In this document: positions 1-10,337 of the stretch, in pieces
Layout of the letters: the number at the start of each line of letters is the position of its first letter
How positions within the stretch are numbered: the stretch's first letter is position 1
Assembly: GCA_002269645.1 (NCBI GenBank)
Contig: NIVC01001895.1
Location: 122,772 to 186,771 of the forward strand
Length of the DNA: 64,000 bases
Source: Macrostomum lignano
Lineage: Eukaryota
Direction: 5' to 3'
Program-made: the position numbers and the translations under genes
Notes under the pieces: generated by a model
What the model was told of the DNA's origin: nothing
What the model saw: only the letters and a program-made list of their open reading frames with translations
Databases searched by the model: none

Positions 1-807
1 GCTATGCGTAAAATCATCTTAGAAAATGGAAACAACTCGACTCATTGATTTTGAGAGCTCATTATATCATTCTGTTACCCATTTTTTACTAGTCATCAAG
101 CTGAGAATGATAATATAGATTCATTTAAACCAATGAGATCACCTGTGCTATTTTTATGATTTATAGGCATGTGTTATACACTGTACATGTGCAATATTGT
201 ACGTAAATTTTTTATTATATAAACATAGAATTAGTATTTTCTATACGAAAAGCTTTATGACTATCAATATAGAGCTATAATAAAAAGTAAGTATATATAA
301 TATCAAAAGATAAACATTGGGTCTCTTGTATTAAAAGCAATTTTTGTGTTGAAAAAGAAAAGCCTTCTACTATCTCCGTAAATGCATTTATAGTCGTTTT
401 CACGACAAACCTCAAAAAACAAACTACACGTACATAATGTATATGAATAGCATTGGGCATAGGCTATAAGACTCATGTATATTTATTAGATTCGCCATGT
501 TTTGTCAGTCGGCCATTACGTAACTGCAAATAAATTTAAAACAACATTCTACAGTACATGTACATACATGAAAAATGTATAAAAGTTTACACATCGATCA
601 GTGCTTTCTCACTGAAATTGCCACCTGCTGCAAGTGTAAAAAAGTAAAACAAAATATAAAGAAAAATATAAAAAATAGAAATTGGTACACAGTATAGGTA
701 AAATTAGTGTAATAAAGGCTAGAAAAAAGTACACACAGTACTCCTCAATTTAAGTTCTGTATAAAAGCGCCTATGTACATGCACATTGTACAGAAGGTTC
801 CAGAGCA

Positions 808-2457
808 TTAAGTCTTGGCCAGCTTCATCGGCCGGGGCACGTGACCGGCTGGCGGCTGTCTCGACTTCGGCCCCATCCGAGCGGGAACCATCGGCTGTGG
901 CGGCGGCCGCGGCTTCGGTGGCGGCGGACGCGGCGGTGGCACCCGTTTCGGCTTCGCCTTGCCTTTCAGCTTGAACCTCAGCTCTGAAGATCGATGGGTT
1001 GATACAGAGGCAGCTGCAGTGGAGATTTCCTGATGCAGTATGACACTCGGTTGAGACTTAATTTATAACCTTTTGCATATTATTGGGGTATTATGAACCA
1101 TTGTTATTGGGGTTGTAGCCAAGTGGTTTGATCGAGTGTCGGACTCACGACTGAAAGGTCGGCGGTTCGATTCTCGACCCATTTGGAACAGTTTTAGCCC
1201 TTGAGCAAGACACTTAACTCAGCATAAATATTGCTCCAGTTCACCCAGCTGTAAAATGGGTGCCAGCATTAGCTGGGGTAATTAAGGGTGTGTGAGGGGA
1301 CCCCCCCCAATCCTCCTTGGACTGAACAGCCGTACGCTGCCTTCAGATGCGCCGCGCAATAGCTGCGACTGAGCTGTCGGTTGCACATCTGCCCGTTAGG
1401 ACAGGTGTAAACAATTATTATTGGGGAAACAGCAGGGTATTATTGGGGTATTGTGAGAAACAGCAGGGTATTATTGGGGGGTATCGAGGGAAACAGCAGG
1501 GTATTATTGGGGTATCGAGGGAAACAGCAGGGTATTATTGGGGGTATCGAGGGAAACAGCAGGGTATTATTGGGGGTATCGAGGGAAACAGCAGGGTATT
1601 ATTGGGGTATCGAGGGAAACAGCAGGGTATTATTGGGGTATCGAGGGAAACAGCAGGGTATTATTGGGGTATCGAGGGAAACAGCAGGGTATTATTGGGG
1701 GTATCGAGGGAAACAGCAGGGTATTATTGGGGGTATCGAGGGAAACAGCAGGGTATTATTGGGGGTATCGAGGGAAACAGCAGGGTATTATTGGGGGTAT
1801 CGAGGGAAACAGCAGGGTATTATTGGGGGTATCGAGGGAAACAGCAGGGTATTATTGGGGGTATCGGGGGGAACAGCAGGGTATTATTGGGGGTATCGAG
1901 GGAAACAGCAGGGTATTATTGGGGGGTATCGAGGGAAACAGCAGGGTATTATTGGGGGGTATCGGGGAGAAACAGCAGGGTATTATTGGGGTATCGAGGG
2001 AAACAGCAGGGTATTATTGGGGGTATCGAGGGAAACAGCAGGGTATTATTGGGGGTATCGGGGGAAACAGCAGGGTATTATTGGGGGTATCGAGGGAAAC
2101 AGCAGGGTATTATTGGGGGGTATCGAGGGAAACAGCAGGGTATTATTGGGGGGTATCGAGGGAAACAGCAGGGTATTATTGGGGGGTATCGTGAGAAATA
2201 GCGGGGTATTATTGGGGTATCGTGAGAAACAGCAGGGTATTATTGGGGGTAACAGGGTGAATTTTTCGAATCGATCTTTATAGCAAGCAAGGCAGAGAAG
2301 AAATGAGTTATTCAGTTAGAAAAAATATTTACAATCGGTACTCACTCGGTTTCGCAGTGACTTTCAGCAATCGCCTATGGCAAGCATCCGACTCTTCAGC
2401 GATGATTGACAGCAGGACAAGGCAGAATAGCGGAAGAAGCTTTAATAGTAGACTCAT
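808..2457 (-). CDS. Small secreted Pro/Lys/Arg-rich cationic peptide precursor (cluster gene 1), 2 coding exons, ~95 aa
   Basis: Exon 2457-2346 (112 nt, donor A|GTGAGT) reads MSLLLKLLPLFCLVLLSIIAEESDA-CHRRLLKVTAKP, a signal peptide followed by Cys. Phase-1 join to acceptor TTCAG|983 gives KLRFKLKGKAKPKRVPPPRPPPPKPRPPPQPMVPARMGPKSRQPPAGHVPRPMKLAKT* (TAA 810-808). GC-rich sequence ends at this stop. Confidence 0.62.
1109..1419 (+). mobile_element. tRNA-derived SINE with CORE-like central domain
   Basis: Pol III A box TAGCCAAGTGG (1116-1126) and B box GGTTCGATTC (1164-1173). Then CCTTGAGCAAGACACTTAAC...CAGTT...CTGTAAAATGGG, resembling the MIR/CORE domain, and an (ATT)n tail. A near-identical 3' part recurs at 29941-30127. 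Confidence 0.8.
1420..2252. repeat. Minisatellite, 31-33 bp unit (TATCGAGGGAAACAGCAGGGTATTATTGGGG), intronic
   Basis: About 26 head-to-tail copies that vary in G-run length; lies in the intron of cluster gene 1. Confidence 0.95.
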
Positions 2458-3096
2458 TGTGCCAATTAGTGATCTTTGATCTAGCTCGATCTTGTTCACA
2501 AGCATAAAATGTAGGAACCTTACTAGATCTGTTTGCTGAAGCAGAAGAAATTTCTCAGCTTAAACCATAGACAGAAAAATTCTACAAAAAAAACTCGGAT
2601 ATTGCGTGCATTTCTACTAGCAAGTAGAGTAGTTAAAATTTACATCTTTTTTAACTTACCGTTGAAAAAAGTAGAAAATTAATCAATATTGCCAAATTGA
2701 CATGAAGCCAATTGCATTAATAAAAACTGACAAAAACCACATATTACAGACTCAAAGTGCCGCATCGGGTACTTTGTACTTTTGTTTACTTTTGCAAGCG
2801 TTACTGGGGTTCGCACACCATTGCTACTTTTGTAGGGAAACTTAATGAAAAAAGCAGTTTACTACTTTGATACTTTAGAATAGGTTATATTCTCAATACA
2901 GTAGTATATCATGCATTTTAACTAACTTCGTCTTCTATCTTATTTGATATAGTAAAAAATTGAAACCTCAGCATTTACTGCCGGTTGGATATCAGAGGGT
3001 AGTGCCAGTCTGCTAGAGTGAGTAATTAACTTTGACAGTCTCTGATGATTGACAGGTCCACAGCACATTGGGTTGCCCCCTGATTGCTCAGCTGCA

Positions 3097-5226
3097 TTAC
3101 GTTACAATGTGGAGACTGTCCTGAGCTGTAAGAGTTATTTTAGGTCAGTGAATAATGCGAAGTTCCAACAAAATGGTTGCCGTGCAGTCAGTGGGGTGTC
3201 AGTGAGGTGTCAGTGCAGTCAGTAGGGTGTCAGTGCAGTCAGTGGGGTGTCAGTGGGGTGTCAGTGCAGTCAGTAGGGTGTCAGTGCAGTCAGTGGGGTG
3301 TCAGTGAAGTCAGTAGGGTGTCAGTGCAGTCAGTGCAGTCAGTGGGGTGTCAGTGCAGTCAGTAGGGTGTCAGTGCAGTCAGTGCAGTCAGTGCAGTCAG
3401 TGAGGTGTCAGTGCAGTCAGTGCAGTCAGTAGGGTGTCAGTGCAGTCAGTGGGGTGTCAGTGCAGTCAGTAGGGTGTCAGTGCGGTCAGTAGGGTGTCAG
3501 TGCGGTCAGCAGCAGAAGCACTCACAGGTTTTAAATGCTTTTGAAGAAGCTTTGTTTGCATCATCACGGGCCTTCGAAGCTGTAATGATTTTATTTTCCG
3601 AGTTTTTACTTTTACGATGCAGTTTAGTATGCAATAAAGACAAACTGTATGCGATAGACTCTAATGAAAAAAAATTTACCATCTTTAAAAGTTTTCATTG
3701 CTTTGCCACTGCCCACATTCTGGAGGTTCTTCGCCTTTTGAGCTGAAATTTTGGTAGGCAAAGGTGAGCTGTGTTACCCGAGCAGTTTGTCAGGTGAGCG
3801 GTGTGTCAGGTGAGTGGTGTGTCAGGTGAGCGGTGTGTCAGGTGAGTGGTGTGTCAGGTGAGTGGTGTGTCAGGTGAGTGGTGTGTCAGGTGAGTGGTGT
3901 GTCAGGTGAGTGGTGTGTCAGGGGATTTGTGTGCCGGTTCTAGTTTTTGAGGAATCAAGTCTTGAAATCGCAAATAGCCCCAGCTGTCTCACTTTTTTTG
4001 AAGGCCTTGGCTTTAGCGGCGTTCTCAGCCAACCGGGCTTTGTGGGCTGCAGGAAAACAAAATTAAGGGTGTCGGTGCAATTAGTGAAGATGTCAGGCGG
4101 ATTAAGTAGGGTGTCGCTAAAACTAGTTAGGATTTTGAACTAGAGTTAGACACGTTTTCTCAAGATATGCAAAAGAAATTACCTTTATTGAAATTTTTCA
4201 TAACTTTATGGCTGCCCAAATTATTTGTACGAGGCACTGAAAAATAAAAATACTGGTTCACTAAGTTTAAAGATAGCTTTGAAATATTGATAGAAGTAGA
4301 ATGATTTTATGGTAGAAAAGCCAGTAGGGAGTGACACCCAGGACGCATTCAAATAACACAGTAATCAGTGGAGTGACACAGGAGTCAATGGAGTGACATA
4401 GTAATCAGTGGAGTGACACATTAATCAGTGGAGTGACACAGGAGTCAGTGGAGTGACACAGGAGTCAATGGAGTGACATAGTAATCAGTGGAGTGACACA
4501 GGAGTCAATGGAGTGACATAGTAATCAGTGGAGTGACACATGAATCAGTGGAGTGACACAGGAGTCAATGGAGTGACATAGTAATCAGTGGAGTGACACA
4601 ATAATCAGTGGAGTGACACAGGAGTCAGTGGAGTGACATAGTAATCAGTGGAGTGACACAACAATCAGTGGAGTGACACAGGAGTCAGTGGAGTGACATA
4701 GTAATCAGTGGAGTGACACATGAATCAGTGGAGTGACACAAGAGTCAGTGGAGTGACACAGGAGTCAATGGAGTGACATAGTAATCAGTGGAGTGACACA
4801 TGAATCAGTGGAGTGACACAGGAGTCAGTGGAGTGACACAGGAGTCAATGGAGTGACATAGTAATCAGTGGAGTGACACATAATCAGTGGAGTGACACAT
4901 GAATCAGTGGAGTGACACAGGAGTCAGTGGAGTGACACAGGAGTCAATGGAGTGACATAGTAATCAGTGGAGTGACACAGGAGCCAGTGGCCGGGGTGAC
5001 ACAGGAGCCAGTGGAGTGACACAAGAGTCAGTAGAGTAACACAGGAGTCAGTGGAGTGACACAAGAGTCTGTGGAGTGACAGAGCAGTGTACTGAACCAG
5101 CAGCAACTTACCTTGCTTAAATCGCTTTAATCCTTTCGGGCAGGCAGACGTCAGAGTGGCATCTTCCATGAGCAGGATGAGCACAACAGTTGACAGTATA
5201 GAGATGCATCCTGTTTTGTGCAACAT
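3097..5226 (-). CDS. Secreted Lys-rich modular peptide precursor (cluster gene 2), 6 exons including four symmetric 54-63 nt exons, ~122 aa
   Basis: Exons 5226-5112 (MLHKTGCISILSTVVLILLMEDATLTSA-CPKGLKRFKQ), 4236-4183 (VPRTNNLGSHKVMKNFNK), 4046-3993 (AHKARLAENAAKAKAFKK), 3742-3680 (TQKAKNLQNVGSGKAMKTFKD), 3579-3526 (ASKARDDANKASSKAFKT), 3125-3097 (SQDSLHIVT*). All introns are GT-AG and phase 1; internal exons are multiples of 3. Confidence 0.7.
3180..3510. repeat. Intronic minisatellite of GTCAGTGCA / GTCAGTGGGGT units
   Basis: Interspersed 9- and 11-bp variant units between the last two exons of gene 2. Confidence 0.9.
3795..3920. repeat. 16-bp tandem repeat CAGGTGAGTGGTGTGT
   Basis: About 8 copies in an intron of gene 2. 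Confidence 0.9.
4360..5085. repeat. 20-bp minisatellite (CAGTGGAGTGACACAGGAGT and variants)
   Basis: About 36 copies in the first coding intron of gene 2. Confidence 0.95.
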
Positions 5227-7287
5227 TTTCGCGAGTCAAATTCAACTATATTGAATTTCAACTGACCTTTCTGGTTTATCAAATTCGGTTTCTTGCGCAA
5301 CAGATCGATAATATTTAAGAGTCGAAAGCGATTTAAAAAGTAATTCCGTACTTTCACCCTGCATATATTGCGAGCATGTGCTTGGACATAAAATAGAATA
5401 CTAATAAATAAAGGTTTGCAGCTTCTGCAGCGGCTATTTGTCTATGTGTGAAAGTACGGCATTCTGAGCTTCTTGTGATGCTGGTGCTTGTCTATGGCTA
5501 GGACCAAAAAAATCGAGCTTCTGGCGATCCTGTTATGTTATTCATCCATGGTCAAAACCTAAAGTGCCATAGACAAAATCATGGTGGAGACTTTCGGTTA
5601 ACAGTAGAAAGACCATGGGGGTGTATTTCAAATACACACATTTTTCTTTTGTCTGGATCTCCGAGAATATTCAACCAATTGCCATCAAAATACAGAACAC
5701 GGGCTAAAATTTTCCGCTCTATTCGACGAAGCAACTCTGAGAATCACGAAAAATCGGCATCGTTGAGATATTCAACGATTCTCCTCGGGGTGTCCGGTGG
5801 CAAAAACCACCAACATTGGCAAATTTTTTCTGTTCACAAAATCTCATCTTGAAACCACGTCGGCTCAGGAAGCTATGCATATTAGTCGTAAAGGCCTTTC
5901 TTCTCAGCATCCCAGGAACCAGGGTCCCCTTCATCACTGTCTGGAGCATCGGCGGCGACCGTCAGGACCTTCAAAAAAAGCATCCGATCGGCATCGCAGA
6001 GACGGCTGCGTTCCCAAAACTGAAATGGAAGAATCCTCTTCTGCATTCAGCGTTCAGTCAGCAGACATAATCGGTGAATGAAATGGACGACGGCGACCCT
6101 CTAGGTTGACCTGTAGACATACAAGCGACCTTCGGGACCTTCAACGGAGTGCCACCTTGCGGCCCCGACTAACTGGCATCCCCAACATCGTGAATTTTCT
6201 GTCAAGGCACCAAACCAGGCATGTCTGCATGTTATACAATGGTCCTGCACCATGTTCAGCATTCAGCTCTATCTGGACGACCTCCGGCACCCTCAACGGA
6301 GTGCCACCACGCGACCCTGACGAGCGAACACCCCCAACATCGTAATCTGTAACTCTCCAATTTAATATGGTGGAAAAGCATTGTATAATATGCAAACATG
6401 CCTGGTTTGGTGCCTTGATAGAAAGAGCAGGATGTTGGCGTTAGCGGTGTCAGCTCATCGGGGCCGCGTGGTGGCACTCCGTTGAAGGTCCCGAAGGTCG
6501 CTTGTATGTCTACAGGTCAACCTAGAGGGTCGCCATCATCCATTTCATTCACCGATTATGTCTGCTAACTGAATGTTGCATGCAGAAAAGGATTCTTCCG
6601 TTTCAGTTTTGGAAACGCAGCCGTCTCTGCGATGCCGATCGGATGCTTTTGTTGAAGGTCGTGACGGTCGCCGCCGATGCTCCAGACGGTGATGAAGGGG
6701 ACCCCACCCTGGTTCCTGGGATGCTGAGAAGAAAAGCCTCTCCGACAGATGGACCCAGATTATTGAGCCAATATGGATTCACCATAAAGGTTTATACAGT
6801 GTAGTGTTGGTTGTCCTTGCCACCAGTGTCTTCGACAAGAATCGTTGAATATCTCGACGATGCTGACGTCGGATGACTTTGAAAGTTAATTCGTTGGAAA
6901 GGGGGGGGGAAATTTTGATCCAAATGGTGGACTTTTACGAAAATCGGTTATTCGGTTTGCGAGCTATGGTGAAATTGATTGTGTGTATTTGTAATACACC
7001 CCCATGGTCTTTCCCCATGGGGAAAATAGCGTGGTCTTTCTACTGTTGGGCTGCGCCCTTCCAGTGTGTATGTACTCGTACTTTTGTTTTCAGTTTTCAT
7101 GCCACCCCGCCCCGTCCCCCGTCTCGCGCCCGGGCCAGGGTTTGTGAGAGGCGTAAGTCTCAACCCTGGCCTAGCCCTTTGCACCCAGCCCCCGGCCCAA
7201 TCTCTGTCCAATCTGGGTGCCGACCCTACCCCCCCCCCTTCCTCGTTGCCCGCCTCACCCTGGGGCTGCTCGTATTGGCTGGCTGGT

Positions 7288-8321
7288 CGCTCGTAGTGGC
7301 GCGAGCGATTTTTGATCACTGGATTGCGCACTTTGGTTGTCCTGAATTTCTAGTCACCGATAAGGGCACCAATTTTGAGTCGGCTTTGATGAAGCAGTTG
7401 TGTCGGTTGCTTGCCGTTAAGAAATGCAGAACGTCCTCCTATCACCCGATGGCTGATGGTCAGGCTGAGAGTTTCAATAAGACGTTGAAGTCAATGATCA
7501 AGTGCAGGATGAGTGAGTCGGTGGGCGAAGGAGACTGGGAGGATCTGATCCACCCGTCTCTCATGGCGTACCGTAGCAGCGTTCACAGAGGCACGGGGTA
7601 CACCCCGTACTACATGCTGTACGCCAGGGAGATGCGGCTTCCAGTGGACATTGGAACCTTGCCTGAGTCCATTCCTGCCAGTGCTCCGGCGTATGTTCAG
7701 TCATTAGGTAATAGTCTGGCTGAGGCTCATTCGCAGGTGCGGACCAACCTGCAGCAGTACCAGAGGAAACAGAAAGTGCTGTACGACTCAAGGGTGCGAG
7801 GCCCGGCCATAGAAGTTGGGGATGCCGTCCTAGAATACTCGCCTGCGCTGCAGGCAGGGGAGGCAGCCAAGTTCCATTGCAATTGGAAGGGGCCGGCGAA
7901 GGTGTTAGAGAAGATATCCGATTTGAATTACCGGGTAAAGCACGCCAATAGGGGAAAGAGCAAAATAGTGCATTATAATAATTTGCGAAAAGTATCCGAG
8001 CGGCCTGAGCAGTTCAGGTTGATGAATAGGCATACGGCAGTGCAGCGCCGGTCGGCGCATCCGCCTGAGCCGGCAGGGTGCAGACAGGAGCCCGCGGGGC
8101 CGGCGACTAAAGAGCCGGAACTTGAGGAGGAGGAGGAGTTTTACTCGTATGTGGTGCCACCAGTTGCCGTTGGGCCTCGGCATGGGATAGTAGGGCCGGG
8201 AACGCCAGTTGCACCATGCGCACCGGTGGCTCCAGCGGCGCCAGCCGTGTCTCCGCGCAGACTGCGCGAGCGTCGGGGTGTGCCCCCAGCGTATTACGGG
8301 AATCCGGTATTGTATCGTTAA
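7288..8321 (+). pseudogene. Retroviral-type integrase C-terminal remnant (pol) with GPY/F motif
   Basis: FGCPEFLVTDKGTNFES (second D), YHPMADGQAESFNKTLK (E) and WKGPAKVLEKISDLNYRV (GPY/F). The N-terminal zinc finger and first catalytic D are removed by the deletion. Confidence 0.88.
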
Positions 8322-8661
8322 TTCGCAGTGGGCTCACAAGGCGGTCGTCATAAATTGATTTTTAATATGCACTTGTATTAATGCCTCCACGCTGTTGTCT
8401 ATGGTAGAAAGCCTAAAATAACCTAAAATGAAAAAAAATGATACAACCCCAAAGCACAAAAAAATTCATAAAATGGAACGCATGAAAAGCACATAAAAAA
8501 ACATTAAATGTATTAAAATTACAAAATATGCTAGGCAAGAAGCGTTCTCAATCGTATTGTAAAGTAAACATGTCATGGGATGGGTCAGGCCAGGGTCACA
8601 GTTGCTAGTCCGCAAGGCATAGGTAGTGATTGGGTTTAAATGTCATCATTGCAGGAGGACC

Positions 8662-9612
8662 ATGTCGTCGCCAACGACACCGACTGATTTGTATGGCGTG
8701 TTAGGCGTGGGTCGGACTGCTAACTCTGCGGAGATTGAGGCAGCGTGTAGTCGTCTGTACTCAAAGCGGCCCCGCGTCTGTCCTGCCGAGGTAGAGTCTC
8801 CGGAGTCTCAGCGAGACGTGATGGCGATGTGCGTTTTATCTGACCCAGTGTTTCGGGAAGTATACGATCGGGTTGGAGAGGCAGCGTGTCAAGGGGTGTT
8901 AAAGTACGCCTACTTTTTCAATCCTCCCCCTGACGTTGAGTTGCCCGAGCAGGTCAGGTTAGCTTTGGCTAGTCTTAAGGGAAGCGCCGCAGGGGAAGCT
9001 CCAGTTCACGCGGAGATCCCAGCCGAGTTATTGGCTCCGGCTGCGCTTGCTGAGTGTAGGCGGCTGAGGGGTGCGCTGCTGGCGCGGTTGAGGGCTGGGG
9101 ATAGTGAAGGAGCTTGCCTGGTGGTTCAGGAGGTGGCGAGGTTTCTTGATGGGGCTGGTGTGAGTGTGCCTGAGCAGTTGTCTAGATTCTTAGCAGTGTC
9201 TGTGTCGTTTCTGTGCAATCAGTATGGGCGGAAGAGAGGTTCTGGTGGTGGTTCCGGGAGGTGTCGGAGGGTCCCGCCTTCGGTGCTGCAGGCGGCGTTT
9301 GAGTGCGTGTTGTTGGCTGTGCGGGGTTTTGAGCTGTGTGAGTTGGGGGGTCCCTTGTTGGGGAGGCTCCGGGGTCTGTCTCTCTTAGTGGATCCTGGCC
9401 TCGCGCGGCGCCCGGAGGAGGGGAGTGACGGGCCGCACCTTTCGCAGACTCCGCTGACGGCCCAGCGCGACTTGGCGACCGAAGAGTTAACGGGTGTCGA
9501 CCCCGAGCAAGTACGACCGGCCGACACGGTCCAGGAGGTCTCCCCCGTGACGACCCGAATCAGCGCAAGGTCAGCTCGGCTAAGCGTCTCGTCGATGCAA
9601 AGGCATACCTAA
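8662..9612 (+). CDS. LTR-element accessory ORF with N-terminal J-domain-like (DnaJ) fold lacking HPD
   Basis: TDLYGVLGVGRTANSAEIEAACSRL...CVLSDPVFREVYDRVGE matches J-domain helices (DxYxxLGV...AYxVLSDPxKRxxYDxxG), with RPR at the HPD position. ATG 8662 is preceded by an acceptor-like CATTGCAG at 8647-8654. Confidence 0.6.
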   Translation: MSSPTTPTDLYGVLGVGRTANSAEIEAACSRLYSKRPRVCPAEVESPESQRDVMAMCVLSDPVFREVYDRVGEAACQGVLKYAYFFNPPPDVELPEQVRLALASLKGSAAGEAPVHAEIPAELLAPAALAECRRLRGALLARLRAGDSEGACLVVQEVARFLDGAGVSVPEQLSRFLAVSVSFLCNQYGRKRGSGGGSGRCRRVPPSVLQAAFECVLLAVRGFELCELGGPLLGRLRGLSLLVDPGLARRPEEGSDGPHLSQTPLTAQRDLATEELTGVDPEQVRPADTVQEVSPVTTRISARSARLSVSSMQRHT

Positions 9613-10337
9613 CGAGGCTGGGCCGGTCGATTCAGCCCGAGGACCTTCGTGGCGTGCGTCGATGTCTAGCGGCTGTAAACTCGCCGTACTGCCTGCGTCT
9701 AGAATGTCCCGTTGTCCGACCACTGCTGCAAGACCGACGGATCGTGTTCGCCCTGGGCCTGAAGGCCAGTGCTGCACCGTGGTGGCCATCGCTGCGAGAC
9801 GATGTACGACGATTTCTAGCGGGTAGCTGGCCGCGTGTCGTGGCGGTCGGCGAAGTCGAGCTCAATTGGGACGCTGAGAGGTCGCAGCGCCAGGACCAGT
9901 TAACGGCGGCGATGGAGCAGTTCTTGCTTGCCAAGGAGTTCGGCCTGCCGGTTTTGTTCCGAGTTGAAGGCGGCGAACCTGCCTGGGCGGTCGCCCTAGG
10001 ATTCCTCCGGCAGCCGGAGTTTCAAGCGATGAGCGTCATGCTGGCCGAGGACCTGGACTTGCCGGAGGCCGTCGAGGCCGCGCTGGTGAGCAAGTGCCAC
10101 GGGGTCTTCTTCGAGGTGTCCGCTCGGTGCCGAGGATCCCCGCGAGCGGTCCAACGGGCTAAGCGTCTCCCGCGGCAGCGCCTGCTAGTGACATCGGCCG
10201 CACCGTTTGGTGGAGACCCCAAGGACCCGACAGCCATCAAGTTCGTGCCGGAAGCCCTAGCGGACAGTGAATGTGATCGCAGGTACTGGACTCGACTGTT
10301 TGCGACCAACTGTAGTAGATTTTTTGGCCGATTGTAG
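9429..10337 (+). CDS. TatD-family TIM-barrel protein with degenerate metal ligands (pseudo-nuclease), inside the LTR element
   Basis: Frame open from 9429. LVDAKAYL (cf. LIDTHCHL), FALGLKA (GxHP), VVAVGEVELN (VVAIGEIGLD), LAKEFGLPVLFR (LAKELxLPVxxH), LPRQRLLVTSAAPF (IPLDRLLxETDAPY), TNCSRFF (TENARRLF). There is no ATG before the domain; it overlaps the J ORF in the -1 frame over 9429-9612. Confidence 0.72.
   Translation, partial: RAAPFADSADGPARLGDRRVNGCRPRASTTGRHGPGGLPRDDPNQRKVSSAKRLVDAKAYLTRLGRSIQPEDLRGVRRCLAAVNSPYCLRLECPVVRPLLQDRRIVFALGLKASAAPWWPSLRDDVRRFLAGSWPRVVAVGEVELNWDAERSQRQDQLTAAMEQFLLAKEFGLPVLFRVEGGEPAWAVALGFLRQPEFQAMSVMLAEDLDLPEAVEAALVSKCHGVFFEVSARCRGSPRAVQRAKRLPRQRLLVTSAAPFGGDPKDPTAIKFVPEALADSECDRRYWTRLFATNCSRFFGRL

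Noticed and set aside
719-1029. Alternative acceptor at 1029 giving an acidic Ala-rich C-terminus for gene 1
   Set aside because: Phase-compatible, but that frame runs ~90 nt into AT-rich UTR-like sequence, whereas the 983 acceptor frame stops where GC content drops. Not formally excluded.
1109-1182. Functional tRNA gene
   Set aside because: The anticodon arm is irregular and the head continues into a CORE-like body whose 3' part recurs at 29941, so it is a SINE.
1347-2283. Long ORFs from the track in repeats (also 33360-34197, 37825-38934, 54100-56381, 57874-59025)
   Set aside because: They are translations of stop-free minisatellites lying in GT-AG introns of well-supported genes or in intergenic arrays.
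6873-7287. N-terminal extension of the 482-aa integrase ORF
   Set aside because: Read-through of foldback flank and LTR sequence made in-frame by the deletion junction.
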